Source of the DNA: Pecten maximus | Lineage: Eukaryota | Direction: 5' to 3' | NCBI RefSeq assembly: GCF_902652985.1 | Contig: NC_047020.1 | Location: 4,340,001 to 4,404,000, forward strand | DNA length: 64,000 nt | Part shown: positions 1 through 12,379 of the stretch, one piece after another | Position numbering within the stretch: position 1 is the stretch's first letter | Layout: every line of letters starts with the position of its first letter | Position numbers and translations under genes: made by a program | The notes under the pieces: generated by a model | The model's database searches: none | Seen by the model: only the letters and a program-made list of their open reading frames with translations | What the model was told of the DNA's origin: nothing

Positions 1-395
1 TCTTTCATAAATTATATTCTAATCTATGTTACTGGTGCTTACGTTTTTCCTAAAAGAATTTTATTTGTTTGATTTCCCAAACGCAATTAACATTGTCCGG
101 ATATTTTCCTCTTTTCCGGATGAAAATTAGAACATTACACTAACGGTCCTTCAGACGCTTGCTTCTAATACGCCATGTCAAACGAAGCGTATCGGTGATA
201 CAGAATGCCAGAACATGCACAATATGAGCTTCATTTGCAGCGCTAAACAATGTTGCTCGAGTGTCGAGTGTCGAGCGTTCCAACCTATGCGATAATGTAA
301 TTTGAATGAAGGCAAAGCCTTAGAAGAGCGCAGCTATGACAGTAATCACTCACCGTAACATGTATATACTACCACATTTTCAGATTTTAGACTTT

Positions 396-426
<31 letters not shown>

Positions 427-1699
427 TAATTTAAAAGAATGACACACAAAAAATGCTACAAACTAGGCCAAAATATAATAGGTGATTATACCCCTCGTTT
501 TAAAAAATCTAAATCTAAACATGTAAACACATTGTAACATAACTATGTGTCAACGGGGTCGTATAACGCAAAACCCAAGACAAGTTTGGTTATTATTGGT
601 TGATTGATTTCTTCCCAGAGAGAGAAAAAACCTAAAAGTAAAACGGACAATGATTAAACAATGAAACCGACCATAACACGACTGACACACACCAAATTGA
701 TTCACGCCTCTCACTCCGCAAACACACACACACATACGACTTACCAGGCCTCCCACCTGCGGTATCCAGTTCCCGTTGCAGGGGTATAGGAAATCTGTGA
801 CTCTAGATCTATATATGTGTGAATTATAGAGAGCTATATATGAACGTGCTCTAGCGAGCACGGTCCGATCTAGAGTGCTAGAACGAGCGGTGGCGGCGTT
901 AATTGGGGTGGAAATTGGCGGGAGGGTCCGTGGGTCGCATGCAGGAGTGAGGTGGTCAGTGAGCCGTCAATGTCAGAGGTCTTGTCACATATTTATATAC
1001 ATACATAACATGGACAGCACATATAACACGTGACGTAAATTAAAGACGACTACCACTCACGGGTACTATACCCGTCCTACTAACTACTCCACATGTGTAT
1101 AGAACATGAACACGGGTTACATATGTATTACATATAAACATATATACATGAAAGTATATATGAAAATTCCTTAGACAGTATGTCTACAGAAAATTGAAAT
1201 CCCACAGCCCAAGTCATTTTTCCATAGACCCATTTTGTAAACATATTGTTGAAAAGTAGCATTACTGTCACGCAAACGCTTGCATCATCCAGTAATAACA
1301 CGCTATTATGGGTTAAAAACCTCTATTTTAAGCTCTGATTTCATATCATCATTTGTCAGAAAATGTTGGAATGTTGTTTACATGAATTGTAATGTATGTC
1401 AGGACTCAAACTTTTCATAGCCATTGGGGCCAACACCAAGAAATTTTACATAGACCGACTAGGTTTTCTATAGCCTCTGGCCATCGGACCACCTTTACTT
1501 TCGAACACTTAAATAGACAGAATTGTTTATTGTTTGTCCTGATGTGAATTTCATTGTCTTTACTTTGCATTGTTGGATTCCAAACGATCGTGCACTTAAT
1601 AATGGCATCAGTATTCTACTGCCATATCTCTTTGCTACTAACAACGTAAAAGGGCAGACGATACAACAATATTTTCATGATATATATAACAGGAAAGCG

Positions 1700-2030
1700 A
1701 ATTTAGTGCCTCCACAAGGGGTTAAACCCGCGACCCTCTGCTTACTGCTCCGTCCCTCTACCGACTGACTTAACGGAAATTCCCTCACCTGAAATCACTA
1801 TGTACCCTATTTACAATTAAAACCTGCCTCACTATTCCTCACTTTTCAAAAGTGTTCGCCCCGAACACACATTAACCCAGGTTTTATCCCCAACGAAGCC
1901 TCTCATTTTCATATAGCTTGCACTTGGAGTGGTCAACCGATGTAACAGAAAAGGAAGTAGTTTGCCTCCACCGTCATCGAACCGCGACCCCAGGCTTTAC
2001 TCACCGGGTTCAATCGAACTGACCGGGCGC
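1700..2030 (-). mobile_element. tRNA-derived SINE-like sequence with two tRNA-like heads
   Basis: Minus strand 1790-1705: TAAGTCAGTCGGTAGAG (A-box-like)...GGTCGCGGGTTTAACCCC (B-box-like)...GTGGAGGCA. Second unit ~2030-1960: GGGGTCGCGGTTCGATGACGGTGGAGGCA. Confidence 0.55.
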
Positions 2031-3254
2031 CGGTGCTTACACCTGGGCATCGATGAATTTTACACCCGGGCAACGATAATTTCTATAGAAAATGAACGCC
2101 GAAGACGGGATCGGAAGAACGGTTGGGATATATTTTCTCTTTTTTTAATGTGATAATGATGTCCTTCAAGCAAAATAACCCGACCACGGAACAAAATGAT
2201 AACTTGGCTATAACTTGCAAGGATAACTGACAGGAAAAACACCTCTCATTTATTGCTAATTCGCCCACATTGTAGGCGGGTATGACCAAATTATGCCGCA
2301 ATCCACGAGTTATGCAACATATACAGCAAAATCCGCGATCGAAATGACTGTAAATCTCACAGTTTATCGGTTATATATATTTTGATATTGTCAAGTCTTA
2401 TTGGATTGATTGGTAATAGTTAAATAGGAAAAATAAACATTTCCGTATTTTACACCTGTGGCAACGAAGACGCTCTTGAGCTTTACACCCGGGCGCCGCA
2501 ATTTGCTGACATGGTAGTGATGTAGAAATTACCAGAGTTGGCCTTTTGATGGTTTTTGTTTATGTATTTTTTGCATTTATGTAACTCGTTACAATTCATT
2601 CACGGACATGGCTCTTTAAAGGGTCCGAAATTGTGCTTGTCAATCCGTCAACCGTTTTTGTTATGATCTATTTATAAAACTGTTCGAACCTCGTAGAGAG
2701 CTCCCCATGGAGTGAAATCTCCAGCCTAGACCGATCACAAGAAACGTGTTTTATAAGAGCGAAGCTCTTCGAGCAGGGAAGCTGCCCCAGCGAAGCTCTT
2801 TACCGTTAACGTGCACGTATGTACAGTATTCTAGCCCAGCTTCGCATAACGTCGTACGGGATGATACAGTCTGAAAATGTTCTGCCGGAAATGAGCGTGT
2901 GCAACCCCTCCAGTTGTCTGCAGAAGCTGTATAAAAAGTCGAACGTTACGTAAATCCAGTTGTTGTGTTCATAATTCTGACTAATTATTTTTGTAAAAAA
3001 TATCTGTTATAGTGTGCGAATAAATGTAGCTCGAGTTATGGTTTCGACGACGGAACAGTTACTGGGAACATTCGGCATATGTCCGATGATTGCCGAAAAT
3101 GTACCGAGATGTTGCACCCTCCATGTCGTTCCTAAGCAACGTGGTTGCTATATAAATCTAGCCAATCAGATTGCGAGGTCGATTGTCCGCCATGACCTCC
3201 GTCAACTTGTCGGACCTCAGTTGAGCACCGCGAGAATACATATGTAAACAGAAA

Positions 3255-3410
3255 ATGGTGAAAACGTGCTTGTGGCAACAGTTACGGCCGATACCCTGAT
3301 AGATTGGAGGGCGGTGTTGTATATTCTACAATTCATGGAACCTAAAACGTAAGTTAAAGCGACATAAAAATGAGCTGGAGGTGGCTGAAGGCGTACAAAA
3401 CCATGTCAAA
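3255..3410 (+). pseudogene. Frameshifted THAP-domain-like relic, probably from a DNA transposon gene
   Basis: With frameshifts it reads MVK/RACGNSYGRYPDRLEGGVV/ILQFMEPK...RWLKA, resembling the start of invertebrate transposon THAP domains (MVKRC..G.CNSD.RYP..L.GGV.F.PFPKP...RWIKAC). Confidence 0.5.
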
Positions 3411-3696
3411 ACGAAAGTAGAAGCAACAAGGTAATGTCACCGTTGTGTACTGTACAGTAAGACTAGTGTAACGAAGTAAATGCATGTATTTACTGCGAAA
3501 GTTTGGAATCTTGTCTTCATGTATTAAGTCATCAACAGTGTACTTTCACTTTCTCGTGGCAAGGTTTGCCTAACGTTATACTGCAGTCTGATATGTATGT
3601 CTGGTGTAGTGTTAGGGCCAGAGGAAACTCGGGCTATCTGATACCATTTGAAACACACTCATCATGTATGCATGCTTTTATTACTGTTAACGTATA

Positions 3697-3815
3697 CCAC
3701 AGGGGCATGTCTAGCCCTATTTAAAACAAAAATAGCCAGATATACCTATATGAAGACTTTATATATAAGTATTTCTGGCTATTTTTAAAATATATGACGA
3801 GACTTGTCTATGTGG
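3697..3815 (+). mobile_element. ~120-bp MITE-like hairpin element, copy 1
   Basis: CCACAGGGGCATGTCTAG...AAAAATAGCCAGATATAC...GTATTTCTGGCTATTTTT...TGTGG; a related copy lies inverted at 5197-5320. Confidence 0.65.
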
Positions 3816-5196
3816 TTATATCAAATTCATTAGCTATTAATTTTCAATGGTGCCCAATACCAGTTTTAATTAAAAGATGATAATCTCTCAAATCTTACTG
3901 TGTTTCTAATTCTACTATAGAACACAGTAAATACATAAGGTTGGTAGAGACATTAAGTTTACATTGTAGTTACCAGCTATGTTACTGTTACCAACAATAT
4001 CAATGTTGCAAAATTACATCTGATTCACACTTAACCTTATTTTCCCCTCACAGATTACTAAATGTACTGCCACATGAAATGTGTATATTAGTGGAATGCC
4101 TCCATTTGGCACTAATATTTGGGATATCTAATGATAATGTGATATTTTTAAATGAAATACTTTCCTGTTGATTATCATATTGGCATTGAGTGAAAATGAA
4201 AATATTCTATAACTAAATATTTAATAAACCACATTTGAATCTATAAACCAGTCAAACATAATGATGTGACAGCTTGACTAATTGTATGCATTTGATTTTC
4301 CTTCCTCTATAATAAACATCGGTAACTACTATATAATACAAGTGAAATTTTGAAACTGTCTATTCTAATCCCTGAGTGTTATTAATCCATGACCTTATCC
4401 ACCATCAGTAAACATATCTTATCCGACCCCACCCCCTGAGTATTCTAACATCCATGACCTTGCCTGATATGAATCCTGAGCTTTCTAATTTACCAATTAA
4501 AATACATGTAAAATGTATGTATATATGTTTTCTATTTTCTTGTCTATAAAGTAAACAGCAAGCATGTCAAAAGACTTCATGTATAGGGTGGGAATAGCAC
4601 ATACATAGACTATATACATCCTATTTGTTGAGATAGTGTAAAGCATACTCCGGACATGTAGAAAAATGAAAGCTTTAGCTTAAGAGTGTTGTCATTAAAT
4701 GAAAAATATGAAGAAAAAAAACATTTGTAACTATTGTATTTTTTCAGATACATATTTGGAAGTTTTGTCAGCAGCAGCTGAAATAAAGAGGCTAGAACAA
4801 CAACTACATAGATATGAGCTGCTGAATTTGCACCATGAACAACAAAATACTATATCTTTCTCAAGTGTTATATTGATAGTGAAATTAAGCAGAAATAAAA
4901 TCGATTGACATCCTGAATTGTAACTGTTGTCTAGATTTTTTATCCATCCTGGATCCACTTCTGGTTATAACTAGACATAACATTGTTAGACCTGTACTGT
5001 ACTGTACTGCACTTTATAGTTTTAATTACTATACAGGTTTGGGTAATACATATTTTAAATTACTCATTTAAGCTCACTGATTATTCTACTTTGTATCAAG
5101 GCTAATAAGGGGAAAATAATCAAAGACAATTAACAGTCCAGTATCTTGGTTATAGCTCTGTCTACATTGGAACTTAACAATTGTTCCTCTAATCAA

Positions 5197-5320
5197 CCAC
5201 GGGGACATGCCTTGTCTTATATTAAAAAATAGCTAGAAATACCTATATAAATTAACATATAGCTATTTCTGGCTACTAAATGTATTTATTTTCAAATATA
5301 AGACTAGACATGCCCCTGTG
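5197..5320 (-). mobile_element. ~120-bp MITE-like hairpin element, copy 2 (opposite orientation)
   Basis: Reverse complement begins CACAGGGGCATGTCTAG, matching 3698-3714; its own termini CACGGGGACATG/CATGCCCCTGTG are imperfectly inverted. Confidence 0.65.
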
Positions 5321-6354
5321 AATCAAGTTTACATGTTCACCATTGGTGTTGAAGTGATGCAATTTTATGTTTATCATTACATGATCATTACATGGTGATT
5401 TTTCTCAAAGACTGAGAAAGCACATCTGTACAGATATGTATAAAAACTGGATTTTCTGGGAAGATTTAAAAAAAAATTAAAAGTGGTTCAAAACACATCA
5501 ATTTCTATATTCCACATACAGGACACATACGCTATTCAATAATGGATGGGCTACACTTTCTGAAGTGAAAGCAGCAATTTATTTGGACATTCACATAAAA
5601 GTATGGTTGAAAGGAAGCAATGGAAATAATTGGCATGTATTCAATGTCATGCTTTGATCCTTCAACTACATGGGGCCATATACCTACAGTTGAACTGCTG
5701 TTAGAAAACTCTCATTTTAAGTATATACAGAGATATATATCTGGTATATAAACACATTATATGCAATAAATCATTCATATGTCTCTGGTAATGATCGCAC
5801 ATACTGTACTATGCAAAATCAAGGGCGACAACAATTCCAAATGGTCAACCCCAAACAGAAAGTAAAAAAGGAAAATGTTGGGTTTTGAAAGTCAGCACAA
5901 AGCAAAGGAGATAACCAATTCACAAACATTCCTGCAAATTCAAAAAATCCTTTGCATGTTGATATTGACCATACATACTACAAAGCATTTCACAAGTTTC
6001 TGAGAAATAGCATCTTCAGAAGTCTCTTTGGTTTCCGGTTATTATTACTTTCTCGTTATTAAACGGCGAAACGTTTATCACTATATTTTTATGTTATACA
6101 TTGGCATACTAGCTAGCTTCGCTCTTTTCAGGCATTGCCTGTTTCATATTAGGCCTACAGTTAATTAAATACAGTATTTATAATATATCCAGAACATGAG
6201 TAAAAAGGCACTTAACATCTACATCAAATTCACGGGTTTTAGGTTTTTTAAAAATTGTCGAATGTCAACGTAAATTTCGTGAGAGTTTATAGAGAGCGCA
6301 GCTCGAACGGGCGCAGCTCGAACGGGCGAAGCCCGTTCGCGTAACGAACTTAAT

Positions 6355-7814
6355 GGTAGACTGCGCAAGACTGTATTCAAAGTCACATTCTCGGGAGATT
6401 ACAAAATATCAAGATTTTAAAAATATGCAAATGTTCGACTTCACACTAGTTAGAATTTGTTAATGTAATTTATCACGAACAAGTTCTTAATTTTTTATAT
6501 TCAAAAAGTAACGGTATAATTTTCAACGAAAATATTTCCGGTGTTTTACGAGTGCAGCTCCGGTCCGTTCGAGTTGCATACAAGTTTTACCAAATATAGC
6601 ACATAAAATAAAGAGGACTTCCGATTTTTTTTTTTTGTCGTCTGCTGCTCATCTGCGAGATCTGCTGTCCCGTCACCTTGTCATCGCTTAATCAGTCTAT
6701 TTTAAGACTTATTCTACGATTAGTTTTTGTAGTAAGTTATCTAAATCATAATTCGTGTTGATATATACTTTATTACAAACCAGTGTACAGATCTGTTGGC
6801 AATATAGTCATTTTGTAACGTGGGATTTACTATTCTAGTACACTAGATTATGTGTGCTTGTTTCTCGAATTCCATGGGCACCGGGATTGCTGCGCTCTCA
6901 CATAGGCCATGCCTAAAATTGTATTATAGATCTTTTATACCATCAATGCATGTTGCAAGTTTTGTGTTTACTGTCATAACACCACACCGTATTCCTGGTA
7001 CAAGTCACTTCATTATACGTCGATCATGGTCATACAAACGTTTAGCATAGTAGGACAGTATTGCTATAGTATACAAACATGTGAGTGACTTCCGTTATAA
7101 AAATTGACCTACAGTATGGACAAAAGCGACAATTAGCGACTAGTAAAATACATACATGACCATTTACGTCACATTCGTTTCCTCCTTTTTATGATCTGTG
7201 TCTACCCGCGGTTGGAATATGGTTGACTACCTCGCATTCTGAATAACAATATATCACATGTAAAGTGCGCAAGGCCGAACTTACGTTCCCCTAACAATAT
7301 ACAATCTGACAGATGGAGTACATACTGAAGTAATTGTTGGTTGCCGCAAAGTGCACATGCTTTTAGAGCATCGGCCAAAGTCCCCAACTCCACTATGCGT
7401 CGGCCCGTGCGCCATGAAGTGTCCTCTTGTTCTGCATTGCCATAAATTGGAGATGTGCTAACCTCTTCCTGACTTGATATAAATTGTCTCCGCCGAGACT
7501 GTAACTAACGTTATATGGTCGTCACACATTGGCACATTATGTGATACATCGGCGCTGTCCTTGTTTTCAAAGGACCATCTTTAATTTATGTTCTCACTTC
7601 ATTGAAAGTATAAGCCTTACCTAGTCTTTTAGTTTTACAAAACTGACCCCTTTACCTCTTGACCGCAACGTGCTGTAGGCCTAAACATTTATCTCCCAGC
7701 TGACTTGAAAATTAAACCAGATGTAACTATTCGTGAATATAATCAAGGGCCCGGATCGCCGGACGCCGGATCGCCGGACTCATGTCTGTGACGTCACAGA
7801 AGGGTCGGTCTACC
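6355..7814 (-). mobile_element. Internally deleted DNA transposon (probably Kolobok-like) with a transposase N-terminal relic
   Basis: Right end reads TTAA|GGTAGAC on -, left end TTAA(T)|GGTAGAC on +. Minus-strand peptide WRTGRRIVELGTLADALKACALCG...LHLSDC...GERKFGLAH (7200-7415) and VNTKLA (~6960) resemble the zinc-finger N-terminus of invertebrate Mutator-like/Kolobok transposases (recognised from memory, not searched). Confidence 0.6.
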
Positions 7815-9043
7815 TTAAGTAAAGTTGAATAGACTAATAAGTACAACTTGTATATCATTATGGTGTAGACATCAGTACATAGTTTTTCATTTTTTGTCAT
7901 ACATTAAGAACAGCGTCAAAATATGCCACATTATATTCCCGGCTCTGCAGTAAAGAATTACATGTATGATTAGCAGATTATTATCATAGTGTATGTAAGG
8001 TATCTCAAGTCAAGATTCTTTTAGTCATACGTTGTTTGTAGACATGTTAGCTGACCACTTCCGTTGTGATTAATGAACCGATTTATTCTTCCGGGATTAA
8101 AAACGGACATTATTGATTGGTATTAACAATCATTGAATAAAATCTAAAAATACTTCTGCTTAATTCTGTTTATTTTATTTTTTTTAAATTGTGATGAGAT
8201 AATCCATACGTATTTTGCACCAATTCACACTGTAATTGGGCCCAATGATATATTTGTTCAAAGGGGAACTGGTCATGGATCCCAGCTTAATACACCACCA
8301 TTGAGACAATACAACCTTAACCTCATTCTGTAATGACCTGGCGATAATACATCACACAAGCCTTTTAAGGCTTACATCGATGTCATACTGTAATTACTGT
8401 GATTAAGAGGACATGAACCGCCACTGCGGCCCAACTATCACAAGCTAGCTAAACCAGCTAAAGTTAAAGTGGACACAACCCCATCAATGCATCCCGCCAC
8501 CCAAATTGGAACCACTAAAGCGAAACCAATCCATTATATGGTAATAAACCGCCAGACCAACATCATCAACTTACGTGGTAATAAACAACCATTCCGGCGC
8601 AAATTCCATTATGTGGTAATAAACCAAAACTTCTACCTCATCCCCTGGTGTGGTAATAACAACCATTCCGACGACATGTCCGTAGGTGGTATTAAACCAC
8701 CTCTCCGACGCCACCCCCTTACGTGGTTATCAACAACCATTCCGACACCATCCCCCTGATGTGGTAATCAACAACCATTTTGACGCAAATTCCATTATGT
8801 GGTAATAAATAACCTTTCCGACTCCATCCTCTTTGGTTGGTTTGAGCCAAACTTCACGTTCTAATATTCAAGTGGTAATAAACCGCAACTCCGACACGAC
8901 CCCGATAAAGAGTTAATACACCGCCAATCAGACGATATCGCCTAAATTGATTTCAATTCGTCCCGTAAACCATCTCTCCGACGCCATCCTCTTTTGTTGT
9001 CCTGAACCTTCATTGAGAAAACAATGTACATAGACACCCCCTA

Positions 9044-10281
9044 ACGTGGTAATAAACCGCTCCTCTGACGCCACCCCTAAAGTGGTAATAAACCGCTCCT
9101 CTGACGCCGACCCCTAAGGTGGTAATAAACCGCTCCTCTGACGTCACCCCTAAAGTGGTAATAAACCGTTCCTCTGACGCCACCCCTAACGTGGTAATAA
9201 ACCGCTCCTCTGACGCCACCCCTAACGTGCTAATAAACCGCTCCTCTGACGCCAACCCTAACGTGGTAATAAACCGCTCCTCTGACGCCACCCCTTATGT
9301 GGTAATAAACCGCTCCTCTGACGCCACCCTAACGTGGTAATAAACCGCTCCATTGACGCCACCCCTAAAGTGGTAATAAACCGTTCCTCTGACACCACCC
9401 CTAACGTGGTAATAAACCGTTCCTCTGACGCCACCCCTAACGTGCTAATAAACCGCTCCTCTGACGCCAACACTAACGTGGTAATAAACCGCTCCTCTGA
9501 CGCCACCCCTTATGTGGTAATAAACCGCTCCTCTGACCTCATCCCTAAATTGGTAATAAATCGCCACTCTGACGCCACCCCTTATGTGGTAATAAACCGC
9601 TCCTCTGACGCCACCCCTAAAGTGTTAATAAACCGCTCCTCTGACGCCACCCCTAAAGTGGTAATAAACCGCTCCTCTGACGCCACCCCTAACGTGGTAA
9701 TAAACCGCTCCTGTGGTGACACCCCTAAAGTGGTAATAAACCGCTCCTCTGGCGCCACCCATTATGTGGTAATAAATCGCTCCTCTGACGCCACCCCTAA
9801 CGTGGTAATAAACCGCTCCTCTGGCGCCACCCCTTATGTGGTAATAAACCGCTCCTCTGACGCAACCCTAAAGTGGTAATTAACCGCCACTCTGACGCCA
9901 CCCCTAAAGTGGTAATAAACCGCTCCTTTGACGCCACCCCTAAAGTGGTAATAAACCGCTCCTCTGACGTCACCCCTAAAGTGGTAATAAACCGCTCCTC
10001 TGACGCCAACCCTAAAGTGATAATAAACCGCTCCCCTGCCGCCACCCCTAAAGTGGTAATAAACCCCTCCTCTGACGCCAACCCTTAAGTGGTAATAAAC
10101 CGCTCCTCTGACGCCACCCCTTAAGTGGTAATAAACCCCTCCTCTGACGCCACCCCTAACGTGGTAAGTAAACCGCTCCTTTGACGCCACCCCTAACGTG
10201 GTAATAAACCGCTCCTCTGACGCCATCACCTTATGTGGTAATAAACCGCCACTTTGACGCCACCCCTATAATGGTAATAAG
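9044..10281. repeat. 36-bp GC-richer minisatellite (~34 copies), with degenerate copies upstream (~8535-9000)
   Basis: Unit GTGGTAATAAACCGCTCCTCTGACGCCACCCCTAAA; it produces the repetitive ORFs VVINRSSDATP and ASEERFITTLGV. Confidence 0.97.
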
Positions 10282-10967
10282 CCAGGGCTCAGACCTAATC
10301 ATGAAGCATCTTCAAAACCCAAGGATTCTGCTTTACAAATGGCTACCTTCTATATAACCCCGTATATGCCAGGGTAAGTTGAAAGGTCTGAATTGCCGTA
10401 CTAGTTTTTGACATGATATGTTCCAATGATGTGGGCACATGTATGAATCAGAATTGAACCTTCGAACTTCAAAATAGCAATACATTTAAAACAAGTTTAA
10501 ACGTTCATAATATCTATTAAAGATATCTGCATTCTCTTTTTCCGAAACACACCGCTCATGTGATCATTAACATGTACAAATGTATGTATAAAATAACAGT
10601 TGTATACGTAGAAAGAAGGAAAATGTTAATTAAAGAAGTAATTAAGACGCAGTACATCGAATACATTATGGTAAAACTGACGTTTGGATAAATACAGTCT
10701 ACAGAACCTACCTGCTAGGGAAAAGAGACCATACAACACAATCGCCCACTTCACTGCCGCCATATTTATACAGTTCTTACGTCGGCAATACATTCGTATT
10801 TAGCTGTTTGGAATGTAGCTTGTGTTAAACGAGCCGATTTATTCTTCCTGGATCAGGAACTGTAAATTGATCGGTGGTATGTGTGTGTGAATACGAAGGC
10901 CGAAACTGGCAAACACGGAAGATTGTACTTTACTGCGACTCTCTTTACACTCTCAACAAACAATACA

Positions 10968-11285
10968 TTTAGTTAGTCAAGTATACATTTGTTAGTTAGT
11001 CAGTCGGTCAGTCAATAAGTCAGTTAGTTAGTTAGTGTAACGTACATGTAGTTAGTTAGTCAGTCGGTCGGTCAATAAATCAGTTAGTTAGTTAGTGTAA
11101 CTTACATGTAGTTAGTTAGTCAGTCGGTCGGTCAGTCGGTCAATAAGTCAGTTAGTTAGTTAGTGTAACTTAGTTAGTTACTTAGTTTGTTACTTACTTA
11201 GCTAGTTATGTAATCAGTCAGTCATTGAGTTACCTAGTTATTGTAGTTAGCTAGTTACAATGTAGTTAGTCAGTCAGTCAGTTAA
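10968..11285. repeat. (TAGT)n/(CAGT)n compound microsatellite with a ~60-bp higher-order period
   Basis: GTTAGTTAGTCAGTCGGTC...AATAAGTCAGTTAGTTAGTTAGTGTAAC repeated about 3 times. Confidence 0.9.
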
Positions 11286-12379
11286 ACAGATTTGACCGTG
11301 TTATGTTACTTCCGTTTACTGTTTATAGTGAATTAACACTGTATAAGTTATCTAATTGTAACAAATCATTATCTTTAACATGATACATTTTGAATGAAAT
11401 ATCACATAGAAGGCTGAAATCGGTAAGTGTCAACCTATAACAAGTAGTTATATAGTCTTATAAAAGTCCCTGTACACATTTAGCCACTAGTCAATCTCGA
11501 CAGGGCTGCCGTATAGGACAGCAAACATCAACCAAAGCCAGTCAAAACATATATAAATATATATATATATTGTGTGAGTTAGATAGCGCTACTGAACAAT
11601 TAAACGTTTATATCGTTCTAGTCATGTGACGAGTTCCTTACAATTTTTATAAGTCAAGTTGCATACAACTATATCATATAGCAACTTGCCCCGATATTTT
11701 ATTTACAATAGTCGATGACATCACAGGCCCCTAAAACAGGTAACTTATCTCATAAGTGGCCGGTGTTTTGGTTCATTCTCACTTAGCCAGCATTCTGAAA
11801 TTTTACTGTATTACCTGGCAAACACCTGAGTGAGTTTCAGCTATAGTCTGTTATTTCTTTTCATGAAAGAAAATATGAAAATGACAAGTTGAATATGACT
11901 GTATACTGTTTAAATGAATTTATGCAGGCTACTTATCATAAACAAATATTAGATGTTTTCGGTAAATACTTCAACTCTACCCAATTTTATTTAATCTTAT
12001 TTAATCAACATATATTATGAAACCTAGCTTCATCTCTAGTTTCAAGTTTTAATTGTGCTGTTAATAATATATGTATTAACAAGTGCAATTGTCTTTAATG
12101 ACTGTAACTTAAATTTATTTATTTATTTATTTTGTATTTTTCCTCTCCAATTACATTTTAGCGCCGAATTAAATACCCACGGAGGTGGTATAGGGTCTCG
12201 TGTGTGTGTTCGGGATCGATATTTTATTTATAGCACTCTGACACACTAACATGTGTAACAAGAGGTCGCATTATATATATATAATTGTGATAATTACTAA
12301 GAACATTAAGGAATGAAGGAGCACTGCTTGTTAAAAAAATCATTTTAGAATCAATTTACTTTTCTATAAATCTACACAT

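Noticed and set aside
400-426. Poly-G runs (also ~38845-38867) as G-quadruplex elements
   Set aside because: Simple homopolymers of unreliable length; no supporting context.
1705-1790. Functional tRNA gene
   Set aside because: A/B boxes are degenerate and I cannot form a convincing cloverleaf; treated as SINE-like.
9010-10229. ORFs VVINRSSDATP... and ASEERFITTLGV..., and a CRISPR-like periodic look
   Set aside because: Translations of a 36-bp tandem repeat with frameshifting 35-bp units. No unique spacers, no cas genes, eukaryotic context.
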